Assembly (NCBI GenBank): GCA_021204605.1
Contig: JAJPZD010000183.1
Span: 1,118 to 42,585, forward strand
DNA from: Prevotella sp.
Lineage (GTDB): Bacteria; Bacteroidota; Bacteroidia; Bacteroidales; Bacteroidaceae
DNA length: 41,468 nt
Direction: 5' to 3'
Positions 38,992 through 41,468 of the stretch are shown here, piece by piece. Each line of letters begins with the position of its first letter. Positions within the stretch are counted from its first letter, which is position 1. Position numbers and translations under genes: made by a program. Below the pieces are notes generated by a model. That model saw only the letters and a list, made by a program, of their open reading frames with translations, was not told the DNA's origin and did no database searches.

Positions 38992-39029
38992 GGTTTCAGA
39001 ATTTTACAAACCATTAATAATCATATAAG

Positions 39030-40445
39030 ATGAAATTATCACATATTTTTTCACATATCATCCCGGTTTTAATTCTGTTGTTCCTGAATGTGTCCCACTG
39101 CTTTTCTGCGACATCACAAGATATTATCGAACAGCAACGGGTAAGCAAGCGAGACTCCATTTTGAATATCATCACGGGTGCGAAAATATCTGATAATGTG
39201 ATAAACATCACAAAACTCGGTGCCAAAGGAGACGGAAAAACCGACTGCAAACCAGCCTTCGACAAGGCTATGAAACAAGCTGTAAAAAAAGGCGGTGCAC
39301 ATATCATAGTACCGGAAGGCGTTTATTTGGTGAAGGGTCCCATTACCTTTGTCAATAACGTATGTCTTGAACTATCCGAAAACGCTACTATACAATTCTC
39401 TCCCGAACCAAGTTGTTATCTCCCAGTGGTGAACACCAGTTGGGAGGGCACATTCATATATAATTACAGCCCGTTTATCTACGGCTATGGCCTGCACGAT
39501 GTGTCAATAATCGGAAAGGGAACTATCAATGGAGATGCCTCCTCCACTTTCGCCACTTGGAGAAGCAAACAAAACGAGGCGAAAGAAAAGAGCCGTGAGA
39601 TGAACCATAGCGAGGTGGCGGTTGCCGACCGTGTATTCGGAGATGACTGCTGGCTGCGCCCCCAACTGATACAGTTCTATGACTGCAAGAACATCACTTT
39701 GGAGGACTTTTTCGTCACCAACTCACCATTCTGGTGTGTTCATCTTCTGAAAAGTGAGAATATCATTTGCAGAGGACTGCGCTATGATGCGAAACTCGTA
39801 AACAACGATGGTATCGACCCAGAATATTCCAGCAACATCCTTATAGAGGATATCGAGTTCAACAACGGGGATGACAATGTGGCTATAAAATGCGGACGTG
39901 ACAACGACGGTTGGGCAACTGCCATACCGTCGGAGAACATCATAATCAGGAATTGCCGTTTCAAAGGACTTCATGCAGTAGTGTTGGGCAGTGAGATGTC
40001 GGCTGGTGTACAAAACGTGTTTGTGGAGGACTGCACCTACGGCGGCTATTGCAAGAGAGGCATATTCATAAAGACAAATCCCGACCGTGGCGGTTTCATA
40101 CGCAACCTATATGTCAACAATTGTGAGTTTGACGAGGTTGAGGACTTGTTTTACGTTACCAGTATGTATGCCGGTGAGGGATTGGACAACAATCATTTCA
40201 CTACCGTAGAGGGGCTGTATGTCAACGGACTCCGTTGCAACAAAGCGACAAGCGGCGGACTGATCTTGCAGGGAACGACAGAGAAACCGATTACCAATGT
40301 CGTGTTCAACAACGTTGAAATCGGGGAAGTACCCAACGCCATTAGTTTCGACAACACATCAGATGTTCAAATGACCAACTGCCACCTCGGCGGCAAGGCT
40401 GGCGTACCCACACAGGTTACAAACAGAGACAATCTGTTTAGATAA
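39030..40445 (+). CDS. Glycoside hydrolase family 28 (polygalacturonase-like), secreted
   Basis: GAKGDG, RPQLIQF, NNDGIDP, GDDNVAIK, HAVVLGSEM, RGIFIKT. Confidence 0.92.
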   Translation: MKLSHIFSHIIPVLILLFLNVSHCFSATSQDIIEQQRVSKRDSILNIITGAKISDNVINITKLGAKGDGKTDCKPAFDKAMKQAVKKGGAHIIVPEGVYLVKGPITFVNNVCLELSENATIQFSPEPSCYLPVVNTSWEGTFIYNYSPFIYGYGLHDVSIIGKGTINGDASSTFATWRSKQNEAKEKSREMNHSEVAVADRVFGDDCWLRPQLIQFYDCKNITLEDFFVTNSPFWCVHLLKSENIICRGLRYDAKLVNNDGIDPEYSSNILIEDIEFNNGDDNVAIKCGRDNDGWATAIPSENIIIRNCRFKGLHAVVLGSEMSAGVQNVFVEDCTYGGYCKRGIFIKTNPDRGGFIRNLYVNNCEFDEVEDLFYVTSMYAGEGLDNNHFTTVEGLYVNGLRCNKATSGGLILQGTTEKPITNVVFNNVEIGEVPNAISFDNTSDVQMTNCHLGGKAGVPTQVTNRDNLFR

Positions 40446-40518
40446 GTTAAAAGTCCGTTATTACTTGAGGCAACTGCATAGGAATATATGTTCTTGATTA
40501 TAAGAATGTGTAATGACC

Positions 40519-41468
40519 CAATATTGTCCTAAATAAATTTTGAGCAAGGTATAACCTGCAAAGTTGTAAGCCTTTGCAAAAAAAAGTTGTCGAGAGATCC
40601 CCCTAAAGCAATAAATTGTCAATCAAAAGGATTGTCAGGAGGCGGAGTAAAGGGCTCATTCAGCCATTTTTCGAGGTCAATTTTGGTAAAAGTGTTCAAA
40701 CTGAGAGAAACGACCAAATTTGCCAGTCCCCATTTGTATTTTGCACGGTTTTTAAGCCATGTGAGAATAAGAATAGTGGTCAAAGCAGTCCAGATTTGTA
40801 TCTCAACGGCATTACGTGAAGTCCCGATGAAGCTTTTTATGCGCAGTAACTGTTTAAGGGAGCGTATGAAAATCTCAATTTTCCAGCGTGCCATGTATAA
40901 TTTTGCTATTGTGGGTGCGGCAAGTTTAAAGTTGTTGGTGAGTATCTCTATTGTATCGTTGCGTTCATCATTCCATATTGCAATTCTGCGCAAGCGCTTG
41001 GGATATTTCGTTCTTGCGGCATCAAGCTCGAACTCTATGGTTTGGTCAACAAGGATTTCCTGTGAGTGTTTTTCAGGCAAGGGGCGCTCCTGTATAGTAC
41101 GAAAGCGTATGTTTTCCTTGTGGCGAACCACGAAGAACACATTGGTGCTGTCCCAATAATTCAGGAGGGAATAGTCGCAGTAGCCTCTGTCTGCCTCGAC
41201 TATCGAATATGGCTCTACGGGGATTTCAACGGCGGCCTTGTTGTCTGCGCACTTTCCATCCGTAATATACACGTATTCAGGCAATAAGCTGTCGTAATCA
41301 AGCATGGTATGCATCTTGACAGCACCTTTTTTGGACGTATAATGTGCCCAGTCGTAAAGAGACAGGGTTAATGAAATCAGTGTTGAATCCAACAACTTTA
41401 TGGGTGCAGTTCAGCTTCACGGATAATTTTTTTGATATTTTCTTTGGGTAGTTGCGATATTACTTGCG
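40519..41468 (-). mobile_element. IS4-family insertion sequence, partial; its other end lies beyond the window
   Basis: DDE transposase remnant. Candidate terminal repeat CAATATTGTCCTAAATAA starts at 40519, 100 nt past the stop codon. The boundary is inferred from one end only. Confidence 0.7.
40619..41466 (-). pseudogene. IS4-family transposase pseudogene (frameshift and probable internal deletion)
   Basis: LDST, ADRGY and Y..RW.IE......K motifs in 40619-41395. The upstream QVISQLPKENIKKIIRE segment is in another frame and stops at TAA 41400-41398. Confidence 0.8.

Noticed and set aside
40587-41159. 190-aa ORF antisense to the transposase
   Set aside because: No motifs; fully explained as the reverse strand of the IS gene.
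1-41468. CRISPR array, prophage, integrase, invertible promoter, riboswitch or defence system
   Set aside because: I found no regularly spaced direct repeats, recombinase or phage genes, or promoter flanked by inverted repeats. The TPR-ribH and hmu leaders are too short for FMN or cobalamin riboswitches.

Overview
A Bacteroidales chromosomal segment, most likely Prevotella-like, judged from recurrent TAnnTTTG -7 promoter boxes and the gene order. It is mostly housekeeping: gltX-waaA, a 7TM-HD phosphodiesterase, recF-DUF721, TPR-ribH, xth, tRNA-Asn, an S41 protease, rimP-nusA-infB, topA-aroK-speA-argB, an ECF sigma with a likely anti-sigma, pfkB-fprA, trmB, rho and a POT transporter. It also holds three orphan carbohydrate enzymes (a DUF6298-like beta-helix protein, GH2, GH28), a three-gene heme-uptake-like operon (calycin-like lipoprotein, HmuY, TonB-dependent receptor) and a decayed IS4-family element at the right edge. 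I see no CRISPR array, prophage, defence island or clearly new multi-gene system. The best leads are: a possible all-methionine heme relay; a perfect 18-bp inverted repeat that gives convergent RibH and Xth the same C-terminal peptide; two degenerate copies of a structured intergenic repeat; a structured 3' region behind the ECF operon; and a 17-bp palindrome shared by the hmu and pfkB-fprA promoters. All family calls come from motif recognition, not database searches.
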